64,000 nt of DNA from Marsupella aquatica. Its lineage: Eukaryota; Plantae; Marchantiophyta. The notes beneath the pieces are model-generated. The model was not told where the DNA came from and ran no database searches. It was given only the letters and a program-made list of their open reading frames with translations. The position numbers and the translations under genes are program-made. The stretch lies in NCBI GenBank assembly GCA_973895155.1, contig OZ316897.1, positions 2,867,416 through 2,931,415 of the forward strand, written 5' to 3'. Below are positions 50,071 to 62,261 of this stretch, piece by piece. Every line of letters starts with the position of its first letter. Position 1 is the stretch's first letter.

Positions 50071-51672
50071 ATGTCGTCGCGAATGGAGCTCAACCAGGAA
50101 CTGTCTCAGCGAAGAACGAGCCTTCGGAGCCTGCTTGATGACGAGTCGTCATCCGGTGTTTCATCTTCTCGTCGCCGTCGACCTCGTTCAAAGGTCACGG
50201 TGAAACCCAAGTACGAAAATTCAAGTTTCCCCGGGTCGAAAACCCACCATCATCCGGAATGGCTACCACTGACGAATCTCGACAGGGTGGTGAATCCTAC
50301 TTTTATCAGTGTGATCTTCTTCTACGAGTATGTCTTAAGCAACGAAGGCAGCGATGCAAAGACGTTTCAAGATGTTACGGCCTCTCTCAAGGCTTCCTTG
50401 GCCAAGGTGCTGGTCGAATTCTACCCTCTAGCAGGGCGGCTGACGCTGAAGGAGGACGGACTTGTCGATCTCCACTGCAATGACGCCGGTGCCATCTTTG
50501 TTGAGACGTCGGTGAACTACGAGCTTTCGCAGCTGGGAGGACCTCAGCCCATGCCCCTGCTCTCGGGCATGGACGTAATGGACCACGTTGCCAGGATGGG
50601 TTCCGGTCACTTGTACATCCCGGATGAGCTCAACCCAGAAATTCCAGTGCTTGTGATCGCTGTGACAAGATTCGCCTGTGGTTCCATTGCTGTAGCCGCG
50701 AATTGGCACCACACGGTTGCAGATGGCTTCTCAGGCTGCCATTTCATGAGGTCTTGGGGGCAAGTTACCACTGGGCAAGGGCTCTCTCTTCTTCCCTCCC
50801 ATGACCGGCATCTCCTCAAGCCGAGATCGCCTCCAGATGCATCCCTCGTACAGGCCCTCGTACATAGTCGCAACTACGGTTCACGTCGAAAGTCCGAGCA
50901 CGTTCAGGTTCCAGTCAGAGAAGATTCTCCGTCAGGGCTGCCTTACCCAGTGACCTTGAAGTCGTTCATTCTAACAAAGGATACCGTTCAAAGGCTCAAG
51001 GAGCAAGTCAATAGTAATACAGAGATCGGTGAGAAGCGGCCATTCACATCCACTGAGACGGTGTCCGCCGAACTTTGGAGGCTGATGACTAAGGCGAGAT
51101 CAGCCGACGGCGAAGAACGTCGTCGAGATATGTCAAGGTTTTTCATGTTTGTCGACGGCAGGAAAAGGTTAGGTCTGCCGACGGGGTACTTTGGCAATGT
51201 TGTGTGTAGCGCATGCGCTGAGAGTCCGCAGGATGAGCTTTTGAGGAGGCCTCTCTCGTACGCCGCTAGTCTGATCTCGAACGCAACGAGAGCTATCGAT
51301 AAGGAGTACTTCCGGTCTCTCATCGATTGGGTGGAAGACACGAGACTCACGTCGTCACAAGGCTGTCAGTCGGAGCACGTATACTCCACTGGTCTCGACG
51401 TGGCCGCCACTTTCTGGACCTTCTTCCCTCTCTATGAAATTAATTTCGGTTGGGGTAAGCCGGTACTGAGCGTCAGGAACGCTCCTCCCAGAAAATCCAT
51501 TGATGGTATTGCTATGATGCCGGGTCCAGATGACAAGGGGAACATTGTGGCATTGCTCAATCTGCATACAGATCGCATGGACAAGCTCGAGAGAGATCCA
51601 GGGTTCAAAACAACTGCTGAGCCGTTACACATGAAGACATCTTGTCTTGACTACAAAGCTCGTTGTGACTAA
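50071..51672 (+). CDS. BAHD acyl-CoA-dependent acyltransferase, intronless, 533 aa
   Basis: LPLTNLD, LKASLAKVLVEFYPLAGRL, CNDAGAIFVE, VTRFACG, HHTVADG (HxxxD), GYFGN, NFGWG (DFGWG variant). Confidence 0.96.
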   Translation: MSSRMELNQELSQRRTSLRSLLDDESSSGVSSSRRRRPRSKVTVKPKYENSSFPGSKTHHHPEWLPLTNLDRVVNPTFISVIFFYEYVLSNEGSDAKTFQDVTASLKASLAKVLVEFYPLAGRLTLKEDGLVDLHCNDAGAIFVETSVNYELSQLGGPQPMPLLSGMDVMDHVARMGSGHLYIPDELNPEIPVLVIAVTRFACGSIAVAANWHHTVADGFSGCHFMRSWGQVTTGQGLSLLPSHDRHLLKPRSPPDASLVQALVHSRNYGSRRKSEHVQVPVREDSPSGLPYPVTLKSFILTKDTVQRLKEQVNSNTEIGEKRPFTSTETVSAELWRLMTKARSADGEERRRDMSRFFMFVDGRKRLGLPTGYFGNVVCSACAESPQDELLRRPLSYAASLISNATRAIDKEYFRSLIDWVEDTRLTSSQGCQSEHVYSTGLDVAATFWTFFPLYEINFGWGKPVLSVRNAPPRKSIDGIAMMPGPDDKGNIVALLNLHTDRMDKLERDPGFKTTAEPLHMKTSCLDYKARCD

Positions 51673-53106
51673 GTAGTTGTTGCGTGCTAATCACGATCAT
51701 ATATGTCGCGAATAATGATGGCAATCGCACAGCTACGTTCTTCGTCGCTCAGGAGTCAAGTACGATCATTAGTTGCGCAATATGATCACGACAGTAGGTG
51801 CAGAATGCGTCTAGCGATCAGATAGTTGTAAAGTATGAGTAGGTCTCGAATGAATGTAGATATCAGATTCTTGTATCGTAACAGTAGCTCGAGAATCATC
51901 TAGCTTTCACATTATTGTACAGGAGCTCATATTTTAGACATGCGTTCCCCTAAAACCAACGAGGGATATTAATTCGCATGTACAGTAGATCAACTTTTGC
52001 GCAGATTGACAATATCAAAATTTTGATCATTCGCAATCTACTGAGTGTCAAAGATTCGGCTTTCATCGACCGAATCCATATTCATGACAGCTACATACCT
52101 ATGGTGGTAGGATTTATCCCATTTACATAAATTTATTGTAAGATGATGCTCTTTTTAAGCGACGAGCATAAGTCCAATTTAACTCTGACGCGATCTACGT
52201 GCGTGTCAATGCATTACTATTACGTCGGAAACCTGCAGATGTCTCTTATAAACCAGGGGCCATCTGAAATCAAAATTTTCAACGAAGCAACGATAGCCAT
52301 CTTGAATCGACCTTTCAACGAAGCCAAGAGGGCCACAGAGTCCCACAAACGGCTTTGAACACATTCTCTATCTAGAGTGGAACAAGTCGGAAACAAGTTT
52401 ATGTTCATGAATTGTTTTTTCATTTTTCCCCCAAAGCGGGGAAAAACACCCGAACACACACCAACAACAACCCAGAGGGACAAAAGCTGCCAGGGGAGCA
52501 CCGACCGCCTCCAACGGCAGCCACACAAACAGAACAACACTACTCAGCCCCACGGGTAGGGGGCAGACCCCAATGTTGGGCTTCCCAGTTGTCCAAACTC
52601 CAATTACTAACCTGACTATCCCTATTTTCCTAGAGTGGTTCGCAAAGTACTGATTGAACCCAAACCGGGGCTCCTACGAGATCCGGTTAGTCCTGTTATG
52701 CTGATTCGATCCTTCAGGGTTTGGAGCAGACAAAGACGACCGTCTAGCCACCAGAGGGCAATGCTTCGGGGAGGCCGCAGCAGCAGGGTCTGGCCAGCAC
52801 CAAAGTCGTCGATCCACGTTCTTACTCTCAACATTAGCGCTAAGCGAGATGTGACTGTACGTATGCTCCCAGGTGTGAGAAAAATTTTCAATTGTTCCAA
52901 GGGTGCTGTTTGTTTTAGTAGCAAAATTACAAGTAGTAAAGAATTTCGTGACTTTTCTCTTTCAATTTTTGAGTGCATTAATTCTGCATAATGCACTCTT
53001 TTTTTAGGAGTGGATTATACAAAACACCATAAATATAATAAAAATAAAAATTAAATATAATTTTACCTTATAAAACAAAATAATAAATTGTATTCAAGAT
53101 CTCAAG

Positions 53107-54934
53107 ATGATATCAGGTACTTGAAAGGTACCGTGGATCATGGTCTTTTGTTTGATGCGAATACAAAGAATGCTAGATCATTGATTTGCTATGTAGATTC
53201 TGACTATGGACAAGATCTGGACCAAAGGAGATCAACAACAGGGTACGTGTTCAAACTTGGCGGTGGATGCATAAGTTGGAGGTCTACTTTGCAGAAGTGT
53301 ATTGCTCCCTGGGCCCCCAGCATTATTAATAATGGGTTGGACGTGCGAACGGATGAAGGGTGCAAAAAATCTGATTTGAGATTAATTTTTATAATTGGCT
53401 TAGAAATATCAAGGGATGGTTTTATTCAAAGAACCCTTTCTAACTAATATAGGCTTATATAAATGTTGCCCAAGTTAATATGCTTCAAGAGGTGATGTAA
53501 TATGGATGTGACACGCGTCACAATAGGATTGGTCCTTGTGGCCACCCTTTATTGGAACATGTGTATATGACATATAATTATGCTTGCAATATCTATGATT
53601 CAGAGTAGTTTAGGACTTTGGAGCTTTTGAACCCTGACTACCCTGCCGTGTGGTTCAAAAATGCCCCAAAGTTGAAGTTTGGGGTTAAAGGGTCACGAAC
53701 ACAAAAATGTATGTACCCAAAACCCTTCCAAAACACTCCCGTCAGTTTTAGAACCGTGTGCAAATGATGAATTTATAACTTTTCAAGGCTTTCATAAATG
53801 GTGTAAAATGTGAAATTATAATATCTCAAAGGGGCAAATTTATTCTCCAAAATTAAGTTTTTAAGAATAACAAGAGAAATTTTTATAGGCTTCCAAAAAT
53901 AATAAGGGGTACTAAGGAGGGGGGTGTACGCACGTATACCTCTTTAGTTTACAAAGGTTGGGGGCCCAGGGGTATTGCTCAGTCTACTACAAAAGCGGAA
54001 TATGTTATAGCAGCGAAAGCAACGAAGGAAGCGATTTGGTTCCAGGATAGACTTATCATTGAAATGGGATTGTCATAAGGGAATGTGAAGCCCGATGTGA
54101 AGCTCCATTGTGATAGTCAAAGTGCGCTCCACCTTGCTGTGAACCAGATGATGGACAGTAGAGTGAAGCACATAGACGTCAGGTACCATTTTATCAGGCA
54201 GGTTGTGTTTGATAATTTGTTTGAGCTAGTCAAAATAGACAGTAAACTCAACCCAGCTGATGCATTTACCAAAGTGATTCCTTTGGAAAGTTTCTCTAAA
54301 CAACATGACGTGCTTCAGGTTTTGCAATTGCGTCACAAGTAATTACTGATCATATATGCTCTTCTTCACTCCTAGTAATAGGCTACAGCTTAGTTAGACT
54401 AGTTTGCTCTACTTAGAGAGGGGAAACCGTTTTGGTTTTCGTCCAGAACTTCCCGCTGAGGAATCATATAGGTTAGCAATATTACCCTCCCCTAGACCAA
54501 AGTCAAGGGGGAGATTGTTAGGTATTTACTCAAGGTCTAGGGTTACGATATGTAACCGTAATTAGGCTAATCATAGTCGGAGACATGGTTAGGTTAACTA
54601 GAATGCACACTATATGCCAAGCGGTGTTTGCTTGGATAAGTGGAACTTAGACTCATTGTTATGGAGCCACTTGAGAGATGAAGAGAGCTTACACTATGGA
54701 GACTTGGTATAGCCGATGAGCTTAGAGTTCAGTATAGTTCTCTTGTGTGTTCCCGTGGAGGTAGCCTCGAGGAGGTGAACCACATATCTCTTGTGTCGAC
54801 TACTTGCGAGTTGGATGTGTCATGTGCTTACTGTTGCAATTGTTGTCTATGCTCAACATCTATGGTGAAATCTTATATTGTATTGAATATTTTTTCTTTG
54901 AAATTATTTTTTCATTATTTTGGTAACCCCAACA
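53107..54934 (+). mobile_element. 5'-truncated Ty1/copia: RT end/RNase H, PPT and 3' LTR (54516-54934)
   Basis: RYLKGT, YVDSDY..DLDQRRSTTGYVF, ISWRS.LQKCIA|QSTTKAEY, CDSQSA, RVKHIDVRYHFIR, NPADAFTK, then AAGGGGGAGAT|TGTTA...CCCCAACA. Confidence 0.88.
53307..53971. mobile_element. 665-bp non-autonomous DNA element inserted in the copia RNase H
   Basis: Perfect 13-bp TIR CCCTGGGCCCCCA, perfect 8-bp TSD GTATTGCT. Removing it restores CIAQSTTKAEY. Confidence 0.92.
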
Positions 54935-56983
54935 CAACCTGGTCCATCATAGCCTTAATTTCCATTTGAACCCATGGACAAACATTTAGTTAATTTTTTG
55001 TATACTAAAAATGTATATATAATATATGCTACACCTGTTCTCAACCAAATTTGGTTAAGCTTTCATGAAATATGATCAATTATACTAACTATGTTTAATA
55101 ACAACTATGGTTGGGAGGTCAGACAAGCTTTCACTATGATAATTAGTAAATATGTTTAATAATAACTATGATTTCAGGAAATTGCAGAATTGAAACATTA
55201 TATAATAAGTCAAAGAATATAGACCATATCAGCCACAGAATAATGAGATTTCCTCCAACTTAGTGGAAGTCATTCCACCCCCCCGAACATTTTGTGGACA
55301 GGTGAACTAATAATATATTCATCTTACAATGAATCTACCTCACAAATTGTTCTCCACTTCTAAACATTTTCACCGAATATTAGTACTACATAGTATCAAA
55401 ATCAAACCATATGTCACTAAATTTATTAGTAGACACCATTTAGCCAATAAATTAATGTTCAAGATTATCTTTTGAATAGAAGATGTCTATGTTGATCTTT
55501 GTTTCTTTCACCTTTTTCATGTTAAAGAACCTATGGATCAGACAAAGAGAAATAATTATTCCAAGTTATAGTTATAAGTTGACTTTTGAAGTAACATAAA
55601 CAACATTCAAGCGCTCATAGTCTAGCACAAAAACTACTGACAATCATTGGGAAGGAATGACACACTCGGGGACACACTCTCACAAAAAATCATCAAATTG
55701 GTCTCCCGGGGTCCTCACTTCTTTTCTTTCAACCCATCACGCATGAATAAGTATAAGGTTTTTTATTGGGTTTAGTGAAATACTTTAAATTTTTGTTTAA
55801 GAACATTAGGGTTATTTTAATCCAATTTGAGAATTATAAGAATCATAGGATTTTTTATTATCAAATATATTCTTTTGATCTAAGTTGTTTTTCTCATCTT
55901 TTTCATATTAAAGAACTCATGAAATTAACGAATGTACAGAAAAAATTATCTATTAAATTTGCAATTGTAAATTGGCATTCTACCATCAACAATATTAAAG
56001 TGCTCCCTACATAATACAACAACTACTAACAATCATTGGGAAGGAAAAACATACCTAACAAATTATCATTGATCTAAGAGAGTCTCCACCTCCAACTTAG
56101 TCTTGTTGGGACATGTGATACCCCCACAATGTATCCTTGTAATTGTACATACAAAAGGATAGTACAATGTTATCGCCTAAACATGTCCTTAAATCAAAGA
56201 GGCTTGGGCCCGCTTGGGGCTTGGGACTTAGAGCAACCACATAGGTTTTCTTGATCTTTTCAAGCTACCTTGATTCATACATTGATTCAAGCATCCTTGG
56301 TGGAGTCTGGTATAGAGCCCGATTTATCTGACAAGTAACAAATCCAACCAAGCTAGTACTTTGATCAATACAAGCCCCAGTTATCAATTGACTAGCAACA
56401 AACAAACCAGACTACCTTGATGCATACAAGTAACCAATATTAACTGACTATTATTTAATGAGCCCAAGCAAACTAACTTGATCCATGCAAGCAACTCAAT
56501 GTAAAAAAATTCTCAAGATTGTTTGTCATGTATTTTGATTTCAATACATGTCTTGTATAATTCAGATTTTAAATTCTTTTGGCCCTCAATTTTTTCTATC
56601 TTGCTATCCTAGAGATCTCCTTTCCCACCACTTACATTTAGTTTTCAAAACAGCGCATTCACCCTCTATGACAGATTTTATAAAATTTATGTTTGGGTGA
56701 ATGAGAGAGATTGGAATGATACTTTGAGATGTGGAGACCTCTTGCTTTAAATTCTCCTCATAGTTTTTATTGCTAAGCATATGGTTTGTCTTGTCATTAC
56801 CTAAGGCAAGGGAGAGTCTTATGTAAGTTATGTGCACAATTTTTAATTGATTTGAGTGTCCTTAGAGCAAGTGAGAATCTGTATCCTATGTAAACAGTTT
56901 TTCAATTCTTGTGCACTTGTAAAAACGTACGGCACATTTTATTTGGCATGCGCAGTTTTTCTCCCACTCAATCCTATCAAATA

Positions 56984-57140
56984 ACAGGCAATAGTCATTT
57001 ACACATCACTACACGACAAAGATGAAGCATGTTCCACAGGCAATAGTCATTTACACATCACTACACGACAAAGATGAAGCATGTTCCACAGGCAATAGTC
57101 ATTTACTTATCACACAGAAAACATGAAGCATGTTCCAAGA
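56984..57140. repeat. ~52-bp tandem repeat x~3
   Basis: ACAGGCAATAGTCATTTACACATCACTACACGACAAAGATGAAGCATGTTCC repeated. Confidence 0.9.
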
Positions 57141-57493
57141 TTGTTCCAAGATGAACATGCACTATGTGGGACACCAAGGAGAAACATGCTAAAATAGGCT
57201 AGTGTTAACAATCAGCATTCTCTGCAGGTCCACTTCAAGTTGTATGCTGACCACAAATGTGCACATTCACGCGACCGTTTCCCACGATAAACCAAGTACA
57301 GTATGAAAGATACCATATAATTACGTGTTGAAGAAAGTGGTATACAGTAAGCTAACATACCACGGAATTAAATCGTGGAGATAGTGTACTCCAAGCGGAA
57401 GAAAGCGATTAAATGAAGTGTTGCATAAGGGATCCAATGTCCATTCTACCAGTTGAGAAGGCCCGTGTTGTGTCAAAAATGTTTTCGTATGCG

Positions 57494-57652
57494 TTCATGT
57501 GAACGCCCAGTATTCACTGCCATTGAGGCGAGCATTCAGGCACACTCGAGCATCGACTAAATTTAATCAATGTTGATTCATGTGAACGCCTAGTATTCAC
57601 TGTAATTCAGGCGAGCATTCAGGCACACTCGAGCATCGACTAAATTTGATCA
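57494..57652. repeat. ~83-bp tandem duplication upstream of the second 2OGD
   Basis: TTCATGTGAACGCC.AGTATTCACTG...GGCGAGCATTCAGGCACACTCGAGCATCGACTAAATTT occurs twice. Confidence 0.85.
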
Positions 57653-58188
57653 ACAGCAGTCACCGCCAAGAATGTATGCACGTGCGGTTCCAGACTTTCA
57701 TGCCAGACAGTGGCCAAAGTTAAAATGAACTAGTTTTGAGTATACGACTCTGATAACCGGAATATTTTCCTGTGATGCAGACTTAATGGCCAGTATTTCA
57801 CTACCATTCAGGTACCTAAAGCCCGAACTAATTTTAACTTTGGTATTCTGAAGACCCCCAAGCACGAATGGACTACTTTTCAGCTGGCCACTTATGATTG
57901 GCCAGTATTCACGACCATTCAGATTATATTAGGACGACTAGCTACACCCGGCCTTGGATCTTGGAAATTTTGAACGATTGTCATCAATGCAGTATGATTC
58001 TGTCATGGGGCATCGTAGCCGCAGCATTGACTGGTGTCGATCGATATATATATATAGTTTTTACACACGTTAATTGTTATGTACGCACACATTCGAACTC
58101 AGTCTGAGGAATGAATGAAAAGTGGCTAGGAATCGCACATTTGCACAAGTGTTGAAGAGTCTGTGTGCAGCTTATCAATAACTCCATC

Positions 58189-59244
58189 ATGGAGTCCCTG
58201 CATCTGCAGAAGAAGTATTTTTTCCTTTCAGTTTCTTCCATCCTTTTTTACGTCCTTGGTTTCTTCCAACGAGTTTTTCCCTTCTTCTTCTTCTCTGCTT
58301 TCAGTTATGGTATTTCTAAAATTGCAGTCGTAGCGAACCTACCCAATTTTCACGAGTCGCAGCAGCAGCAACCAAGGAAAGAGGAAAACCCAGCACCTCT
58401 GAGCTACAATGGTACATTGAAAGAAATGGTGCGGCAGTACGACGGAGCTCTTGCTGCTACAGACATTCCAGAATGCTTTGTGCTTCCACCACACCTGCAG
58501 CCAGGACTTTCTGCGAAGGGCGATCCCAAAGCTGCGAATCTTCCTCTAATTGACATGACTGGTGTCTGTGACAACCCGGAGCGAAGAAAGCAAGTTGCTG
58601 AGTCCATCGCCGAAGCTTGTAGAACTTGGGGCTTCTTCCAGGTCGTTGGCCATGGCGTGCCAAGCCCGAGCTCTACAGGGACACGGCGACGGAGTACAGT
58701 CCTTGCAACGAAGAATTTGGCAACCACTATTTTCGAGCTGATAGCCGAGGGGTTGAATCTGAAGGGCCAGCAATTTTATGATGTCCTCGGAGGGGCGGAT
58801 CAGATGGAGTACCATTTGATGCTCGGCTTTTACCCGCAATGTCTACAGCCTGAGAAGGCGCTGGGACTCATTGGCCACACCGACCCCAACCTCATAACTC
58901 TCCTCGTCCAGGACGAGCCTGGGCTGGAAGTTTTGAAAGATGGCCTGTGGATTCCTGTGGAACCCGCCAGGAATGGATTCGTCATCAATATCGGCGATTC
59001 ATTACAGATTATGAGCAACGACATGTACAAGAGCAATGAGCATCGAGTTCTAGCAAGCAAAAGGCGGGACAGGATGTCTGCCATGATACTTGTTACGCCT
59101 AAGGCTGAAGTCAATTTGAGTGTGGTTCGCGAACTCGTGCCTAGCAACGCAACTGCTGTTTACAATGATATACCGTGGGGTAGCTATCTTAACTTTGCGA
59201 GACAGGGGCTCGACACTAAATTGACCAAACTTGCTTTGAAGTAA
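58189..59244 (+). CDS. DOXC 2OGD (DMR6/FNS-I/F6H-like), internally deleted; probable pseudogene or altered enzyme; start uncertain
   Basis: IPECFVLP, LPLIDM, ACRTWGFFQVVGHGVP, FYPQCLQPEKALGLIGHTDPN, INIGDSLQIMSND.YKSNEHRV, RMS. The segment between GHGVP and the central helix is missing. Confidence 0.8.
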   Translation: MESLHLQKKYFFLSVSSILFYVLGFFQRVFPFFFFSAFSYGISKIAVVANLPNFHESQQQQPRKEENPAPLSYNGTLKEMVRQYDGALAATDIPECFVLPPHLQPGLSAKGDPKAANLPLIDMTGVCDNPERRKQVAESIAEACRTWGFFQVVGHGVPSPSSTGTRRRSTVLATKNLATTIFELIAEGLNLKGQQFYDVLGGADQMEYHLMLGFYPQCLQPEKALGLIGHTDPNLITLLVQDEPGLEVLKDGLWIPVEPARNGFVINIGDSLQIMSNDMYKSNEHRVLASKRRDRMSAMILVTPKAEVNLSVVRELVPSNATAVYNDIPWGSYLNFARQGLDTKLTKLALK

Positions 59245-60099
59245 ATAGTGACATGCAACGATGAACATCAATAACTATAATACAAGGTTGCGCCTTTTTA
59301 TGCAGTGGTCAACTATAATACAAGGTTGCGCCTTTTTATGCAGTGGTGGTCTTTCAAATTTGGAGTAGCTTTTGGGGTGAAAAAAACAGAAACTGCAAAA
59401 AGTGGAAGCAATAAAGAACAAATGAATTATATTTAGTGTGAATGAAAAGTGAATGCAAGTGTCCCCAAAACGACAAAGTCTTCTCTTTAACATCCATGTA
59501 TACAAATTATATGCTCTTCCCTCTACTATCCACGTTTACCATGTCCCTCCCTCTACCATCCATGCTACCTCTTAACTCCTTCTACCATCTATGCAATACC
59601 ATGCTCCTCCCTCTACCATCCATGCATAGGGGCTACATAATGATAGACATTAGTTTAATTGCAAATATCACATAGTCAATCAAGTAGGGCATAATCTAAT
59701 CAATGAGAGAAAAAGAGACCAAAAAGTAATAAAACAGAGGGAACCAAAGGGGGGGTGGGGGTTGGTTGGTTGGTTGAAAGGGAAAAAATGACAAAAGCAA
59801 AGAGAAAAATCATTGTCACTGTGTTGTACTTTGGTGGTTGATGTGGCCTCTCTTTTGAGTCATGATATCTTTTACTCAACAACATCTTTTATGCATTGAG
59901 ATCTTTTTAACAAACAAAATCTTTTACTCAAGCTATCTTTAGCAACATGGTAATTTTTCTCAACTACATCATTAGCACAACCTCATGTGTTATGCATTCA
60001 CATCTTTCCACAAACAATAGCGTTTAGTAAATAAAATGCAAGGGCATTTTGGGTACAAAACAAAACAAAGAAAAAGACTTGCTCCTTCTCTCCTTGACT

Positions 60100-60678
60100 T
60101 TTTACTTCATAACATCTTTCCCATAACGACAACTTGGGTGAAACGACACCTTTTTTCTTATAACATCTTTTACTTCACGATATCTTTGGCAAAATGACAC
60201 CTTTTTCTTATCACCATCTTTCACATAATGGCATCTTTGGCAAAATTACTTCTTTTTACTTAACAACATCTTTTTATTTCATGACATCTTTCACATAACA
60301 ACATCTTGAGCAACACAACATCTTTTGTGCAATGCACGGGTATTTTCCCTCAACAATGTCTTGGCCGACACGACATCTTTTCTCTCAATGACGTCTTTGC
60401 CAACACGACATCTTTTTCTCAATGACATCTTGGCCAACATGACAATTTTTTTCTCAAACAACTTCTTGGCCGACACCACACATTGTTTCTCAACGACCTC
60501 TTGGCCGACACGACACCTTTTTTCCTCAACGACCTCTTGGTTGTCACGACATCTTTTCTCTCCACGACCTCTTGGCCGATATGACATATTTTCTCTCAAT
60601 GACCTCTGAAATGACATTTTTTTAACGACATTTTGGCCGACTTGACTTCTTTTGTGCAACGCACGGGTATTGAGCTAG
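60100..60678 (+). mobile_element. Helitron-like 3' region: degenerate ~32-bp array ending in hairpin + CTAG
   Basis: TTTGTGCAACGCACGGGTATTGAGCTAG|T (60651-60679) matches the Helitron 3' hairpin/CTRR end. A second hairpin copy lies near 60324. Confidence 0.7.
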
Positions 60679-62261
60679 TCTACATAAAAGAGGGTGTCGA
60701 GGTTGTCTGAGACGCAATCCTAGCCATTCAAGGGCGTGCCATTCGAAGGCCAAAGTCTACTTACATGAACTTTGGGGACAGAATAGCCAGCCGTTAGTGA
60801 CCGTACAGTACTCATGCGCTAGTGGGTCCCATTTTCTCTAATGTGTCCATCCCGTTTTATCAAAATCTCAAACTACCTTTTCACCTTTGTTTAAAGCTCG
60901 AATGCACAGATTGATCCATTTCAGTGATCTTGCATTGATTTTATTCAAACTTGCCACTGAGCTTGACGTATTTTGGATAAGGTTTCTATGTTTGCCCTGG
61001 GTTTGCAATTATTTTACCCTAACGTACCCATCATTCATGCTGGGTTTGCAATTATGTTATTCTGACCCATCATGCAGGAACAAGTATAGGGTTTTGGAGT
61101 TTAGAGTAAGGCCTATAAATTTTTGGGGAAGAACTTTAGAAGCCTTTTAATGAAATTTTGAGTACTTCCACTAAACACATGGCTCCTAAAACTAATTACA
61201 AGCTACTCCTAGAAATTATAAAGTATACATACCATGATCTACATAACTCACTCTAATAATTTCATGGTGTCTAGGTTTCAAAAGTGAAGAGTCTATACCT
61301 TGACTCTAGGGCTCCACGTACCAGAATCTGTGGTTTCAAAAGTGAAGAGTCAAGACCTTGACTCTAGGGCTCCACATCAGCATTTTTAGTGGCAAAAATT
61401 AGCTAGATTCCACCTCCCCCAAAATCCTTAGCCACTTTTGGCTAAAATTAGCTACTATTTTGCTGGCTCATTAGATAGTGTTTCACCTAATCCCAGGTGC
61501 CATTAACCAGAATCTAGCGGTCGGCCTTAAATCTAGGGAGATCTGATGGTCAGGAAAATAATTGAATAGTGAATCTTCTGAGCATCTTCTCCCTCACACA
61601 CTTTACATTGGCCACTCTGGCTAAAAAGTGAAATCCTTAAAAAATACGCTGCTCCACGTACCAGAATCTGTGTAGATGGAAAAAAGATGAACATCATTAT
61701 GTATCTCTAAATAATGATTAAGTTTTATTATTATTCAATGAATATGCCTTCAGGCTAGTGAATATGTTTTATAATATATATATATAATTTTAGAGTTTAG
61801 GGCTTTAATGCTTTCTGCTTCAAAAACATTCACTGTAGCTAAAATAACGAGCAAGACTGGATGTTCGGTTGGGTGGAAGTGGCTTATTCCTTGTTGGGGG
61901 ACATGTCCGTTGTCCCTGTATTTGTCTTTTGTTCCTCTTACAATAAAGATTCAATTCACATCGTCTGCTTACATATCGCCAATATTAGAGATATTTGTAA
62001 AGTGACAAATATTGGGGCTACTCGCCTAGGGTTGAAGTTAACTAAGGATGAGCCGGTAGAAGTGGAACTCCGGTTAAGCGTTTCCATTACAAAGCAAACA
62101 AAAACAGGATGATAAGTTTTTCTTGAGGGAAACGCTCAAAAAAACTTTCCCGTCCCGAATTGATTTTCGACAAGCTGGGCAGTCGAAAGGCAAAATGTGC
62201 GGGCAGACATTGAACGTAGCTCAGTCACTTGCACTCACTGGCCATGCAGTCAGTGGAAAAC

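Noticed and set aside
52420-52870. Telomerase-RNA or tRNA/SINE-like sequence (minus-strand GTCTGCTCCAAACCCTGAA)
   Set aside because: Template mismatch, no USE/TATA Pol III promoter and no cloverleaf. More likely a LINE 3' remnant with an A-rich tail.
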